From Macrostomum lignano (Eukaryota): a stretch of 64,000 nucleotides of DNA. The DNA lies in assembly GCA_002269645.1 (NCBI GenBank), contig NIVC01000020.1, positions 1,054,001-1,118,000 of the forward strand, given 5' to 3'. Every line of letters starts with the position of its first letter. The stretch's first letter is position 1. Positions 23,551 to 36,233 of this stretch are shown one piece after another. The notes beneath the pieces are model-generated. The model did no database searches. It was not told the DNA's origin and saw only the letters and a list, made by a program, of their open reading frames with translations. The position numbers were made by a program, and so were the translations under genes.

Positions 23551-24441
23551 TCAAATTTTGCTTTGCTGCTTTAACTGCTCCTTCAGCCGCGCAATCTCCT
23601 CTTGTTGCTGGGCAATGAGTTCGTCCTTGCTAAAGAACTCAAGCACACGTTGCAGCACCAGAGTGGCTTCCCCATTCACGCGGATTGCCTCGTTGACGTC
23701 AGCTTCCAGCTCCTTAGCGATCACCTGCAACTTGTTGGACTTCTCTCTGATGTCAGCGGCCATGCTTCGCATTTCTTTCACGCTGAGCACCGTATAGCCG
23801 GCCACTGCCCCAGCTCCAGCCCAGGCGGCACCAGCAGCAACCCAAGCGGCTCCGCCGGTGAAGAAGCCGAGAGCCACAGCGCCGAGAGCAGCCAGGCCGA
23901 CGGTGCCAGCGGCTCCCCAGTTCCTGGAGCTGCTGGCTTTCTTGTCCATCTCCTCAGACTGCTGCTTCAGCTTCTCCCTCAACGTCTCCCCCCGCTCATC
24001 TTCCAGCTTCTGTGCGAGCAGCTGTGAGTCGCTCAAGCAGCCGATGAAGTTGTTTAAGTTCGTTAAAGAAACATCAGAAGTGTTGTAAGTTGCTATCAGC
24101 TTCTCGCAGAACTCTTGGATATCGCTTAAAGCAATTTCTCTCTTTCCTGAGAACTTTTCCTTCACGAACTTCTCGAAAATATCGAGCTTCTGACCGAAGA
24201 TAGCCAGCTGTCTTTCAAGAATCGATCCGAACTCCTGCAGCTTTTTCAGCTCTTCTTTCAAATCATCCAGAAGCGGCTCACCAGGCAGGTTTATTTTTGC
24301 CAAATCAGCCGCATAGCGACCAGAGGCTTCAATGATTTTGGACAGCTCGATAATTTTGAGTCGAAGCGACTTCACATTCTTGACAGTGTCTGCAGTTTCC
24401 TGAACAGACTTTTTCAATCTGTGCACTCGGTCGTCAGCCAT
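23551..24441 (-). CDS. Apolipoprotein-L-like hydrophobic-hairpin protein, paralog 2
   Basis: Intronless 296-aa ORF; WGAAGTVGLAALGAVALGFFTGGAAWVAAGAAWAGAGAVAGYTV hairpin. Confidence 0.75.
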   Translation of the reverse strand: MADDRVHRLKKSVQETADTVKNVKSLRLKIIELSKIIEASGRYAADLAKINLPGEPLLDDLKEELKKLQEFGSILERQLAIFGQKLDIFEKFVKEKFSGKREIALSDIQEFCEKLIATYNTSDVSLTNLNNFIGCLSDSQLLAQKLEDERGETLREKLKQQSEEMDKKASSSRNWGAAGTVGLAALGAVALGFFTGGAAWVAAGAAWAGAGAVAGYTVLSVKEMRSMAADIREKSNKLQVIAKELEADVNEAIRVNGEATLVLQRVLEFFSKDELIAQQQEEIARLKEQLKQQSKI

Positions 24442-24442
24442 G

Positions 24443-25150
24443 ACTAACAGGATTAACCAGTCAAATCATGCCTACCCAGTCAGCAGTAACTCCGGCTGGA
24501 TATGTCCAAACACTTTCTGTGCCTTCTGTTGAGCATCTTTATACTGAATTGGCTGCTGGGTCGGTTGCGCACATCGGTACAAATGATGCCACAATGATGT
24601 GCACTGCAGCTGTCACATCGAGTCACAGAGTGCTGTGTACACTGGACAAAAACTGAAGTTCCCTTTTTCACAGCGTACATTGTCACTGAGAGCATTGCCA
24701 TGAATTTAATTGCCGCAAATAATCTCTCTACCTAATGTAGTCAGAGCCAGGTGCAAATGAGCCAACTTGCTCTGAGCAGGAGTTCTGACTCATCCCCAGC
24801 ACAATGAAGCCGCTTAAGTTCGGAGCGGCTCGAAATGGCCCTCTGTGCCCGCCGTTCGAGAGTTCTGAATCTGAGTTGGGGTGGCGCACGGCAAACCATG
24901 TTTTTAAAGCACAATTGATGAATCTCTTTTTTGAAAGATAAACTATGCGTCAGGAGAAGCTGAGGCAGGAAGACGGCAGTAGTAGACTCCTAATACTAAC
25001 ACTTGAGCCCAAAGTGCGTGTTATGAAGCAAGATTCAAGTGCTTAAGAGGCTCAGGACGATTTTAGGAGCGCAAAAAGTTAGTAGTGACCGAGCTGTGAC
25101 TCTATGAATGAACTCTGTGAGTCAGGAGTGAGTTGGACTTGGCTCTCGTC
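24443..25150. repeat. Segmental duplicate of the paralog-2 upstream region (matches ~27000-27730)
   Basis: Colinear shared blocks such as ctacccagtcagcagtaactccggctgga, cactgagagcattgccatgaa, gcgcaaaagttagtagtgaccgagctgtgactct; the 3' flanks 23390-23550 and 25880-26020 are also paralogous. Confidence 0.85.
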
Positions 25151-26027
25151 TCAACTGTGGCTGATGCAATTTGCGTCACAAGGCCATACATGTAGCTTAG
25201 GCTGGTGAGGAGAGAGTGGGGAGTCATGACCACAGTGCAGTTGGATTACAGCTGCCCCTTGTTGACCACTTGAACATGTTGCTGAGCGCACTTTGCCCAG
25301 CCGGTGCCGAGCGCCTGTGGTGAATCTTCGATTTTGTTGCTTCTAGCAGGGAAGTTGGACACCTGGCAGCTGCTTCAGCGGTGGCCGCCCCTCTTTAGCG
25401 CGAAGTCCAGCATCTGCAAGCAGTTCCGTGAAAGGTGCATTCCAGAAAATTCCAGCTCAACAGGAAACAAACGAGAAAATTTTTATGACAAACTTTATTT
25501 CAAGTTTGTAAGGCCTGTCTGATCATCACGATGCAATCCAAGATCAGAAATTTGCCTTTCGATAATTAACGGTTTTGTTGGGAAATCGTAGAATTGGGAA
25601 ATCGTAGAACGACGCCTTTTATTTTTGAGGCAAAATTTTGTAGCATAAATAATTTTTTTTCTACTGCAAGTAGTATGCATAGAATGTGTCTAACACTAAA
25701 AGAATAGCAAAAAGAGTAAAACTTTTTGTGGTGCCGTGTAGTTGGCATAAAAAACGCAAGGTTTATTTTAACTAGCAAGTAGCTTATTTACTAATGACAT
25801 GAGCAGGGGTTGAAAGAACACTGAAGTAGAGTCACGTGATGACAATTAACTACGTATAAGTACATGGAAGCTCCGGCACCACACTTTTAAAAGAAGTTTA
25901 TCCCCTGCCGTAACTGTACACGTACCTTCTTTCAGTTAATTTCGGGCGCAGGAGAAAAACCTTTTATGAGTTTTGTGGGGCGTGTCGAAGAGAACTTTCA
26001 GTAGTGCCATCCAGCACAGTAACCTTG

Positions 26028-26981
26028 CTACCTTAAGCGCTCCCTCAGCCGCGCAATCATTTCATCTTGGGCGGCAATCGTCTCTTGTTGCTGGGCAATC
26101 TTATCTTGTAGCTGGTCAATCTCCTCTTGCTGCTGGGCAATCTCCTCTTGTTGCTGTGCAATGAGTTCGTCCTTACTAAAGAACTCAAGCACACTTTGCA
26201 GGCCCAAGCTGGCTTCCCCATTCACGCGGGTTGCCTTGTCGACGTTAGATTCCAACTCTTTAGCGATCAGGTGCAACTTGCTGGACTTCTCTTCGATGTC
26301 AGCGGCCATGCTTAGCATCCTTTCCACGCTCAGCGTGACGCGCTTACCGGCACCACCGAAGATTCTAGCAGCAGAAGCAACCTGAGAGCTGCCGGTGAAG
26401 AAGCCGAGAGCCGCAACGCCACCTCCGAGAACAGCCAGACGGGCTAATGAAGGAGCGATTCCAAAGTACGCAAAGCTTCTGACTGCCATGTCCTTCTCCT
26501 CAGACTGCTGTTTGAGCTTCTCCTCCTGATTCTTTTCCAGCTTCCGTGCGAGCAGCTGTGAGTCGCTCAAGCAGCCGATGAAGTTGTTCAAGCTCTTAAA
26601 AGAAACATTGGAAGTTTTGTAAGCTGTTGTCAGTGTCTGGCAGAGCTCTTGAATATCGCTGAAAGAAATTTCTCTCTTTCCTGAGATCTTTTCCTTCACA
26701 AACTCCTCAAAAAAATTGAGCTTCTGACCGTAGGTATCGAGTTGTCTTTTAAGATTCGATCCGAACTCCGGCAACTTTCTCAACTCTTCTTTCAAATCAT
26801 CCAGAAGCGGCTCACTGGGCAGGGGCAGGTCAATTTTTGCCAACTCAGCTGCATGGAGACCAGAGGCTTCAATGATTTCCGACAGCTTGTCGATTTGGTC
26901 TTGAAGCGACTTCACATCGTTGACAATGTCTTTCATTTTCTGAATAGCCTTTTTCAATTTGTCCAGTGGGCCGTCCGCCAT
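26028..26981 (-). CDS. Apolipoprotein-L-like hydrophobic-hairpin protein, paralog 3 (divergent hairpin)
   Basis: Intronless ORF; likely start MADGPLDKL at 26981; FAYFGIAPSLARLAVLGGGVAALGFFTGSSQVASAARIFGGAG; C-terminal IAQQQEE repeats. Confidence 0.75.
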   Translation of the reverse strand: MADGPLDKLKKAIQKMKDIVNDVKSLQDQIDKLSEIIEASGLHAAELAKIDLPLPSEPLLDDLKEELRKLPEFGSNLKRQLDTYGQKLNFFEEFVKEKISGKREISFSDIQELCQTLTTAYKTSNVSFKSLNNFIGCLSDSQLLARKLEKNQEEKLKQQSEEKDMAVRSFAYFGIAPSLARLAVLGGGVAALGFFTGSSQVASAARIFGGAGKRVTLSVERMLSMAADIEEKSSKLHLIAKELESNVDKATRVNGEASLGLQSVLEFFSKDELIAQQQEEIAQQQEEIDQLQDKIAQQQETIAAQDEMIARLRERLR

Positions 26982-27739
26982 GACTAAACGGTATTTCACA
27001 AACTACCCAGTCAGCAGTAACTCCGGCTGGAGTTGTCGAAAGACATGCGCCTTGCGTTGAGCGTCTTTATCTTGAATTTACTGCAGGGTCGGCTGCGCAC
27101 ATTAGCACAAATGATGTCTCAGCGATAAACACTGCAGCTGTTACATCGAGTCACAGAGAGCGGCGTACACTGGACAAAAAGTTCCCTTTTTCACAGCGTA
27201 CATTGTCACTGAGAGCATTGCCATGAACTTAATTGCCGCAGATAATCTCTCTACCTAATGTAGCCAGAGCCAGGTGCGAATGAGCCAACTTGCTCTGAGC
27301 AGGAGTTCTGACTCTCCCCGAGCACAATGAAGCTGTTTAAGTGCGGAGCGGTTCCGAATGGCCCTCTGTGCCCGTAGTTCGAGAGTTTTGGATGCATTTT
27401 TGTAGCGAGAAGCAAGACAAGCTGAGAATCTGTGTTGTGGCGGTGTACGGCAAACCGTGTCTGTAATGCACAATTGATGCAGCTCTTTTGTAAGATAAAC
27501 TATGCGTCAAGAGAAACAGGGACGGAGACGGCGGACAGAGCCTCTGCTATTAAGCTAAGATTAAGAGTCTCGAGTTTCCAAACTGTAACACTTTAGCCTA
27601 AAGTGTGCGCTATGAGGCAAGATTCAAATGCTTAACATGCTCTGGAAGGTTTTAGGAGCGCAAAAGTTAGTAGTGACCGAGCTGTGACTCTAGGAATGAA
27701 CTCTGGGAGTCGGGAGTGAGTTGGACAGCATCAAGAGAA

Positions 27740-28870
27740 ACTCTCCACCCCTCCACCAAGCGGAAGCAGTGAACCAGAAAAGGTCAAGTTCATTGTGGAG
27801 CGCAACAGGTTCTGGAAGTGACACCAGAAAGACAGAGAACCATTCGATGAGTATGTATTGGAGATCAGAGACTTAATGAGGACGTGTGCATTCTGCAAAC
27901 ATTCGGACGACCTGCTGCGGGACAAGATGTGCTGGGAGTGAGCAGCCCAGAAGCAGTTAAAAAGCTACGCTCGTACCGAAGCTAAGGGAGTATCGGAGCC
28001 GAAGTATCGGAGCCGAAGCTAACACTAGCTGGAGCCCTCGAAATTTGTAGAGCAGAAGAGTTATCAACATTGCCCTGCAGAATGCTACAATCGGGCACAG
28101 TACAGATGGATCAGTTAAAAAGCTAAGCTTCAGCTGGTAGAAGGAGCTGTTTCGAAGTACATTAAGGCGCGTCCTGTGCCTTTTGCATCGAAAGCAAAGC
28201 TCAAGGAGGGGATCGACGGTCTCAACAACAGTGATATCGTCAACCAGGTCAGTTTCTCCCAATGGGCCCTTCCAATCGTGCTCGTTCGAAAGGCAAACGG
28301 TGCTCTCAGGCGCTCGATTGTTTATATTATGCGACTGAAACATACGCTCGAATTCATGGCTACTTGCTACAACTGACCAGGCTATTCGTTAAGATTATTG
28401 AGACTCAATATTGGTGACAAGGATGACGAAAATCATCAAAGCATTCAACACGGTTCACCGGGTAGATTTGGAGCCGTGTATCAAGAGGTTCGGGATCAAT
28501 GACAGCCCAATGCATCAGTTCTGACGAGCTCAATCGCCCGAATTTGTTGAGCTCTATTGGATCGGCAGCATACCGTCTTCTATTTGAAGTAAGAAACACA
28601 CTGGCTCCTGCAAAGCATAGTGAAGCTGAATACAAGGATCTGAAAGACTACTTCGCTCCAGAACCGCCGATGATCGCCTAGCGACAGAGGCACTCATGAA
28701 CTCTGCTGGGGACTGGCTTTTGCCCGAGCAGATAAAGTTAATTTTAACTGAATTAAAGTCGTAGACTATTTTATTTGCCTGTACGAGCACATATCGTACC
28801 CAAAGCACAAGAGCCTAACTAAGAGCTCGTCGGAGTGAAATGAGTAAATAAATACGACTCAATCGAAAAG
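27740..28870 (+). mobile_element. Degenerate Ty3/gypsy gag/pol relics
   Basis: Fragments: DLLRDK (gag), VPFASKAKLKEGIDGL...SFSQWALPIVLVRKANGALR (RT N-terminus), LLSSIGSAAYRLL...LKDYFAP (gag); many stops and frameshifts. Confidence 0.65.
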
Positions 28871-29807
28871 CGGACCTTGGCATAAAGAGGGGTGTCCCAA
28901 AATTAGTGTCACTTTTGCTTTCTGCATTTTTTTCATATTGGTTGAGTAAGCGGCTTATTTTAGCTTTCATTCACCGAAAGTCCGATCTTCGTATGTACAT
29001 CCTGCTCTAGGCAGCATGCATTTGTTTGCGCACTCTTGACCATAGAAATACACACGATGCAGTACTTTTATGCTTGCGCAGAAGAATAGCATATGGAGCA
29101 GTGCAAATTCAGAATTGGAAGGCAGCAGCAGCAGCAAGGCTTGTTCAGCTGAAGGTCACGTCCTTTTGCGTTAGCTTGTACAGCGGTTCAGCAATCTCAC
29201 TGTAGTTTTTAACGAAATGACGATAGTAGCCACATAACCCCAGGAATTGTCGCACTTCTGAACGATCTTCGGGCGTTGGCTACTCCTGCACTGCTTTCAC
29301 CTTGTCCGGGTCAGTGGTCACGCCATCTTTTGAGATTCGAAAGCCAAGAAATGAGATCTCCTGATAGCACAAGTGGCACTTGGTCGGCTTCAACTTCAGG
29401 TTAGCGGTTCTGAATTTCTGCAACACAAGCTCAAGACGCCGCAGATGCTCCTCGAATCCTTTCGAAAAGATGACAACGTCGTCAAGAAATGACAGGCACA
29501 CTTCCCATCGGAGGCCCTTCAGAACGAGTTCCATCAGCCTTGAAAACGTGGCAGGACCATTGCACACACCTTGCGGTAGTCTCTTGTACTGGAATAATCC
29601 TTGTGGCGCAGGAAATGCTGTTTTTGCGCGACTCTCTGAGTCCAGCATCACCTGGGTGTACCCGCTAGTGAAGTCGAGCGTTGAGAACATTGTGGATCCT
29701 GCGAGAGCATCGATCAGATCGCTGGTGTGAGGCAGTGGATGACTGTCTTTGACGGTCACGGAGTTGAGCAGTCTGAAGTCGTTCACGAAGCGCAAACTGC
29801 CGTCCTT

Positions 29808-30171
29808 TTTATTAGAGGCAGGGGGGTTGTGTGCACCCTGGCGCACTTTAAGCGACATTGGCACACAACCGGCGAGAGGCATTACTGCCCATTCCGCCGA
29901 CTCCCCTGAGCAGGCATACAAGCGCGCGGATACGTTACGCAGACACACACTCACACAGGAGTGTACAGCGGCCCTAACTCTATTTTATTGTTAGGCATGT
30001 ACACTTCACTGCGCCTTGGGGGGGGGGGGTTGACTCTCAAGGCCGTTAATTGCACGAGCAGAGCCAAGCCGAGATTCCAATTCAGCCCCAAATTAATGTG
30101 ACTGCACTTGGAATCGAGCCTGGGTCGCTGGCACACCAGAGCAGCTGCGCTACCGCTGGACTACGGCCCCC
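29808..30171 (-). mobile_element. tRNA-headed SINE (second family)
   Basis: Minus-strand head gggggccgtagtccagcggtagcgcagctgctctggtgtgccagcgacccaggctcgattcc (A/B boxes); ~360 bp; ends aataaa against the 14-bp TSD; the head is duplicated at 36234-36295. Confidence 0.7.
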
Positions 30172-33100
30172 ATTCTGCACCACCCATAGCATCCATGAAA
30201 CTCGTACAAAGAATCTCACATGCAAAGACCTCCCACCCAAAAACCTCCCATCGATAAAATCCCCGATCCGAATTATTCCCCATTCAAGGAATCCTCCTAT
30301 CTGAAGAATTGCCCATCCATAGAATCTTACATGCAGAGAATCCCCATCCAAAGAACCCCCTCCGATAGAATCCCCGATACGAAGAATTCCCCATCCAATG
30401 AATCCCCTATTCAAGGAATCCCCCATCGACAGAATCCCCTATCCAAAGAATCCCCCTATGCATCCCTATCCAAAGAATCTCCCCATGCATCTATATCCAA
30501 AGAATTCCCGACCTCCATCCATATCCAAAACCCCCCTCCAAAGAATCCCAATTCAAATAATCCCCATCCACAGAATCCCGATCAAAATAATGCAAAGATT
30601 CTCTCATCCAAATAAACCTCCATCAAAAGAATCATTGGCCAAAGAGTCCCCTCATCTAAAGAACCCTGTCCAAATAATTTAAAGAATCCGACTCCAAATA
30701 ATCCCCATCCACAGAATCCCCATCAAAAGAATCCAAAGAATCTCCCATTCCAAATAATCCCCCCATCAATAGAATCCTAGGCCAAAGAATCCCCTCATCT
30801 AAAGAATCCCCGTCCAAATAATCCCATATCCAAAGGATCCCTTTATCGAAAGAATCCTTCATCTAAAGAATCCCCCATCGAAGGAATTTCGCAATGAATC
30901 GCCTATCTAAAGATTTCCATTAGAAGCAGCCCTCATGGAAAGAATCCCCAATACATAGAATTCCGCCCCCCCCCCAAGACTTGACATCTCAGCAATTCCG
31001 GCGCAAGCCTTGACACCTCAGCAATTCTCTCTTAAGCTTTGACATCTCAGCAATTCACTCTCAAGACTTGAAATTTCTGGAATTCCCCCTCAAGACTTTA
31101 CGTCTCCTAAATTCCCCCTTAAGCCTTGACATCTTAGCAATTCCCCCTAAAAGCCTTTATTATATCTCAGTGATTCCCCCAGTGAGTCTTCACACCTTAG
31201 CAATTTCTCCCCGCCCTGACATCTCAGAGATTTCCCCCACAACTTGACATCTCAGAAATCCCTCCACGCCTTGAAATCTCAGCGATTTCCTCCTAAGCCT
31301 TGGCATCTCAGCAAGTCCCTTTTAAGCCTTGACATCTCAGTAATTCCCCCAGTAAGCCTGAATATCTTAATAATTCCCCAGTAAGTCAAAGTCTTGACAT
31401 ATCAGGAATTTCCCTACGTCTTGACATCTCAGCAATTCTCTCTTAAGCCTTGGCATATCAGTAATTCCATCAGTAAGCATTTATATCAGTGATTCCCCAG
31501 TGAGTCTTGACATCTTAGCAATCTCCCCCGAGCAAGCATTCCCAAGAGCAAGCGTCCTTCCGATAGCAAGCATCCCCTGATAGAAAGTACCCCAAGCGAG
31601 ATAGTAAAACAATTTCCTCAGCTAGTACAATAATTAATGTCTTATCTAGTGCAATAATCCTTTTCAAAATTGAAAGTTTCATAAAAAATTTTGAATATAC
31701 TACATGAACGCTCGTAGCTTCTTCTCTTTTGCCTGATTTACCTGACGTTTTTAAAGTTTGCTTTAACTGTCTTGAAATTAAAATTGTTAATAAAAAAACT
31801 TTTACACTCTAAAAATTCGAACCCACGTCGCTGCATTAGCAGTTCAGTCTGTTCACCTCTAGGCTAGCTCTCATCGTTTTGATAACATGAATTGTAGCAC
31901 ATATATAATTCAACACTGAAAACTCCAAGCATAGAGTAGAAATCACTCGAAGCAAGTTATGACATAATCAATATCTCAGGCAGTCAATATCAGTTTCAAT
32001 TAATGAAGTCAACAATTATAGTCAACAATGTAGTTACGCAATCTAAATTGAAATCTAATGGCGCTGGCTTGAATTGTGGAGTTGCGATAAAGTAGGGGTT
32101 TGCGATATGGGAGAGCAATGAGTATATAAAGTAAAAAGCATAGAAATCTTCTTTTCAATGCTGTGCTTTTAATTTGTCAAATCTCAGCAAACAAATTATA
32201 TTCCCAAACTCAGCGTTCCTAGCTCTTTCCAGCAATACAAGGCTCTTTTCTGAAAGTGGAAAACTCGAAGCACAAACAACGATTAAACATTTCTGCTTGA
32301 AAGCAGTCAAATTAATAAGGTGTACATTCAGCGCCAGCTACAGTGAGAGGCCTGCAAGTTGATGCATTGAAATTAAAAACCAAGCCAATGCCCAGGACTA
32401 ATTGAATAGCGACACCCGCCCCTCAATTCAATAACTAAAATGTGTTGCGCAACTTTTTAACGCTTGTAGCTGTCCACGCGAGTGTAGAGAACCAATGCTA
32501 TAGTCGGCACTGAGTTATGATGCAATACAATTCCATCGGCAGTCAGAACGCTTCTCAATCGGAAAAAAACTGTTTGAACTTAAAAAAACGGGCAAAAAAA
32601 TCGAGTTTTTCGAATATTTAATCCCTAAAAAATGAAGCTATTTCTTAGCAAAATTTTGTGTACCAGCGCACAATCAATACGCATCGAATGCAGAAAACCC
32701 CGCAAAATTCCGACCACGCAAAGTCAAGTTAAACGAAGTTTCCTATAGATAGGTACATAGTTTTGATTTTTAGTATATTGGACTAGCCAATTCCAACCCC
32801 CGTTGGGGCTTTCCGTCCAAACTCCAATCACAGTTTTCCCACGCAATAAAATTTCACCCAACTGAATCCCCCATCCAAAGAATCCTTCATCCAAAAAATC
32901 CCCCATCTATAAAATCTCTGATGCAAAGAATCTCACATGCAAAGAATTCCCTATCCAAAGAATCCTCCATCTAAAGAACCCCCATCGATAGAATCCACTC
33001 TATTCCCCACCCCACACAATCCACACAATTCCCCACTCAAGGAATCCTCCTATCTGAAGAATTCCCCATCCAATTAATCGCCCATCCATAGAACCTCACA

Positions 33101-36100
33101 TGCACATCCATCCAAATAATTCACATCATAATCCCCATCTAAATAATCCCCCATCAAAGAAATAATTGGCCAAAGGATTCCCTCATCTAAAGAACCCCGT
33201 CCGAATAATCCCCATCCAAAGTATCCAAAGAATCTCCCATCCAAATAATCCCCCTATTAATAGAATTCTTGGTCAAAGAATCCCCTCATCTAAAGAACCC
33301 CCGTCCAAATAACCCCCCATCTAACGAATCCTTCATCTAAAGAATCAACCATTCGAAAAACCCTCCATCGAAACAATGCCCCATCAAATGAATTCCCTAA
33401 AGAATCACCCATCCAAAGATATCTATTAAAAGCATCCCTCATCCAAAGAATCATCAATCCATATAATTCCCCCCAAGACTTAACATCTCAGCGATTCCTC
33501 CAAAGCCTTGACATCTCAGCAGTTCCCCATTAAGCCTTGAAATCTCAGCAATTCCCCTCCCCAAGACTTAACATCTTATAAATTTCCCCTTAAGCCTTGA
33601 CATCTCAGCGATTCCCCCCCCCACAAGCCTTGCATCTCAGCAAGTCCCTCTTAAGCCTTCACATCTCATTAATTCCCCTAGGTAAGATTTTATACATGTA
33701 TTTCAATAATTCCTCCTGTAAATCTTGACATCTTAGAATTCTCTTCCGAGCAAGCATCCCCCCAAGAGCAAGCGTCCTTCCGATAGCAAGCATCCCCTGA
33801 TAGAAAGTACTCCCACCAAGATTAGTGAAACAATTTCCTCAGCTAGCCAATTCCAACCCCCGTTGGGGCTATCCGGCTATTCGTCCAAACTCCAACCACA
33901 GTTTTTCCACGCAATAAAATTTCACCCAACTGAATCTCAAATTTAAAGAATCCCCCTTCCAAAGAATCCACCACCCATAGAATCCACGATACAAAGAATC
34001 TCACATGCAAAGAATCCGCCATCCAAAAACCTCCCATCGATAGAATCCCCGATCCGAAGAATTCCCCCTTCAATGAATCCTCCTATCTTAATAATTGCCC
34101 ATGCATAGAATCTTACATGCAGAGAATCCCCATCCAAAGAACCCCCATCGATAGAATCCCCGATCCGAAGAATTCCCCTTCCAATTAATCCCCCATCGAC
34201 AAAATCCCCTATCCAAAGAATCCCCCCATCCATCCCTATCCAAAGAATCCCCCCATCCATCCCTATCCATCCCTATCCCCCCATCCATCCCTATCCAAAG
34301 AATCCCCCCATCCATCCGTATCCAAAGAATCCCCGACCTCCATCCATATCCAAAAAATCCCCCTCCAAAAAATCCCAATCCAAATAATCCCCATCCACAG
34401 AATCCCGATCAAAATAATGCAAAGATTCACTCATCCAAATAAACCTCCATCAAAAGAATCATTGAATCTGAAGAATCTGAATCTGAGTCCCCTCATCTAA
34501 AGAACCCCGTCCAAATAATCCAAAGAATCAGACTCCAAATAATCTCCATCCAAAGAATCCAAAGAATCTCCCATCCAAATAAAACCCCATCAATAAAATC
34601 CTAGGCCGAAGAATCCCCTCATCTAAAGAATCCTCGTCCAAACAATCCCATCAAATCCAAAGGATCCCTTTATCGAAAGAATCCTTCATCTAAAGAATCC
34701 CCCACATTCAAAGAGCCCTCCATCGAAAGAATCCCCCATCGAAGGAATTTCCCAATGAATCACCTATCTAAAGATATCCATTGGAAGCAGCCCTCATGGA
34801 AGGAATCCCCAATCCATAGAATCCCCCCCAGACTTGTCATCTCAACAATTCCCCCCAAGCCTTGAGACCTCAGTAATTCTCTCTTAAGCTTTGACATCTC
34901 AGCAATTTGCTCTCAAGACTTGAAATTTCAGGAATTCCCCCGCCAAGACTTGACGTCTCATAAATTTTCCTTAAGCTTTGACATCTCAGCAGTCCTCCAA
35001 GTAAGCCTTTATATCGCAGTAATTCCCCAGTAAGTCTGCATATCTGAATAATTCCCCAGTGAGTCTTGACATCTTAGCAATCTCACCCGATCAAGCATGC
35101 CCTAAGAGCAAGCGTCCTTTCGATAGCAAGCATCCCCTGATAGAAAGTAACCCAAGCAAGATAGTAAACAATTTACTCAGCTAGTACAATAATTAGTTTC
35201 TTATCTAGTGCAATAATCCTTTTCAAAATTCAAAGTTTATTAAAAAAATTTGAATATACTACATTAACGCTCGTAGCTTCTTCTCTTTTACCTGATTTAC
35301 CGGACGTTTTTTAAAGTTAAAATTTTTAATAAAAAAACTTTTACTCTCTAAAAATTCGAACCCACGTCGCTGCATTAGCAGTTCAGTCTGTTCACATCTA
35401 GGCTAACTCATCGTTTTGATAACATGAATTGCAGCACATATATAATTCAACACTGAAAACTCCAAGAATAGAGTAGAAATCACTCGAAGCAAGTTATGAC
35501 ATAATCAATTTCTCAGGCAGGCAATATCAGTTTCAATTATTAAAGTCAACAATATAGTTACGCAATCTAAATTTAAATACAATGGCTTGAATTGCGGAGT
35601 TGCGATAAAGTAAAGGTTTGCGATATGGAAGAGCGTACAATGAGTATATAAAGTAAAATTCACAGGAATCTTCTTTTTAATGCTGTGTTTTTCATTTTTC
35701 GAATCTCAGAAAACAAATTATATTCCCGAACTCAGCGTTCCTAGCTCTTTCCAGCATAACAAGGTTCTCTTCTGAAAGTGAAAAACTCATAGCGCAAACA
35801 ACGATTGAACATTCCTGCTTTAAAGCATTCAAATTCATAAGGTGTACATTCAGCGCCAGCTACTGTGAGAGGCATGCAAGTTGATGCATTGAAATTAACA
35901 ACCAAGCCAAATTGAATGGCGAAACCCTCCCCCCAATTTCAATAACTTAAAGATGTTGCGCAACCTTTCAACGCTTGTAGCTCTCCACGCGAGTGTAGAG
36001 AACCAATGCTATAGTTGGCACTGAGTTATGATGCAATACAATTCCATGGGCAGTCAGAACGCTTCTCAATCGGAAAAAAACTGTTTGAACTTAAAAAAAC

Positions 36101-36233
36101 GGGCAAAAAAATCGAGTTTTTCGAATATTTAATCCCTAAAAAATGAAGCAATTTCTTAGCAAAATTTTGTGTACCAGCGCACCATCAATACGCATCGAAT
36201 GCAGCAAATCCCACGAAATTCGGACCACGCAAA
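30172..36233. repeat. Non-coding satellite-rich repetitive element with large internal direct duplications
   Basis: Blocks of aaagaatcccc-type and ttgacatctcagcaattcccc-type microrepeats occur 3 times (~30172-31625, 32785-33845, 33845-35180); an AT-rich unique block occurs twice (~31625-32724, 35180-36233); no credible ORF. Confidence 0.85.
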
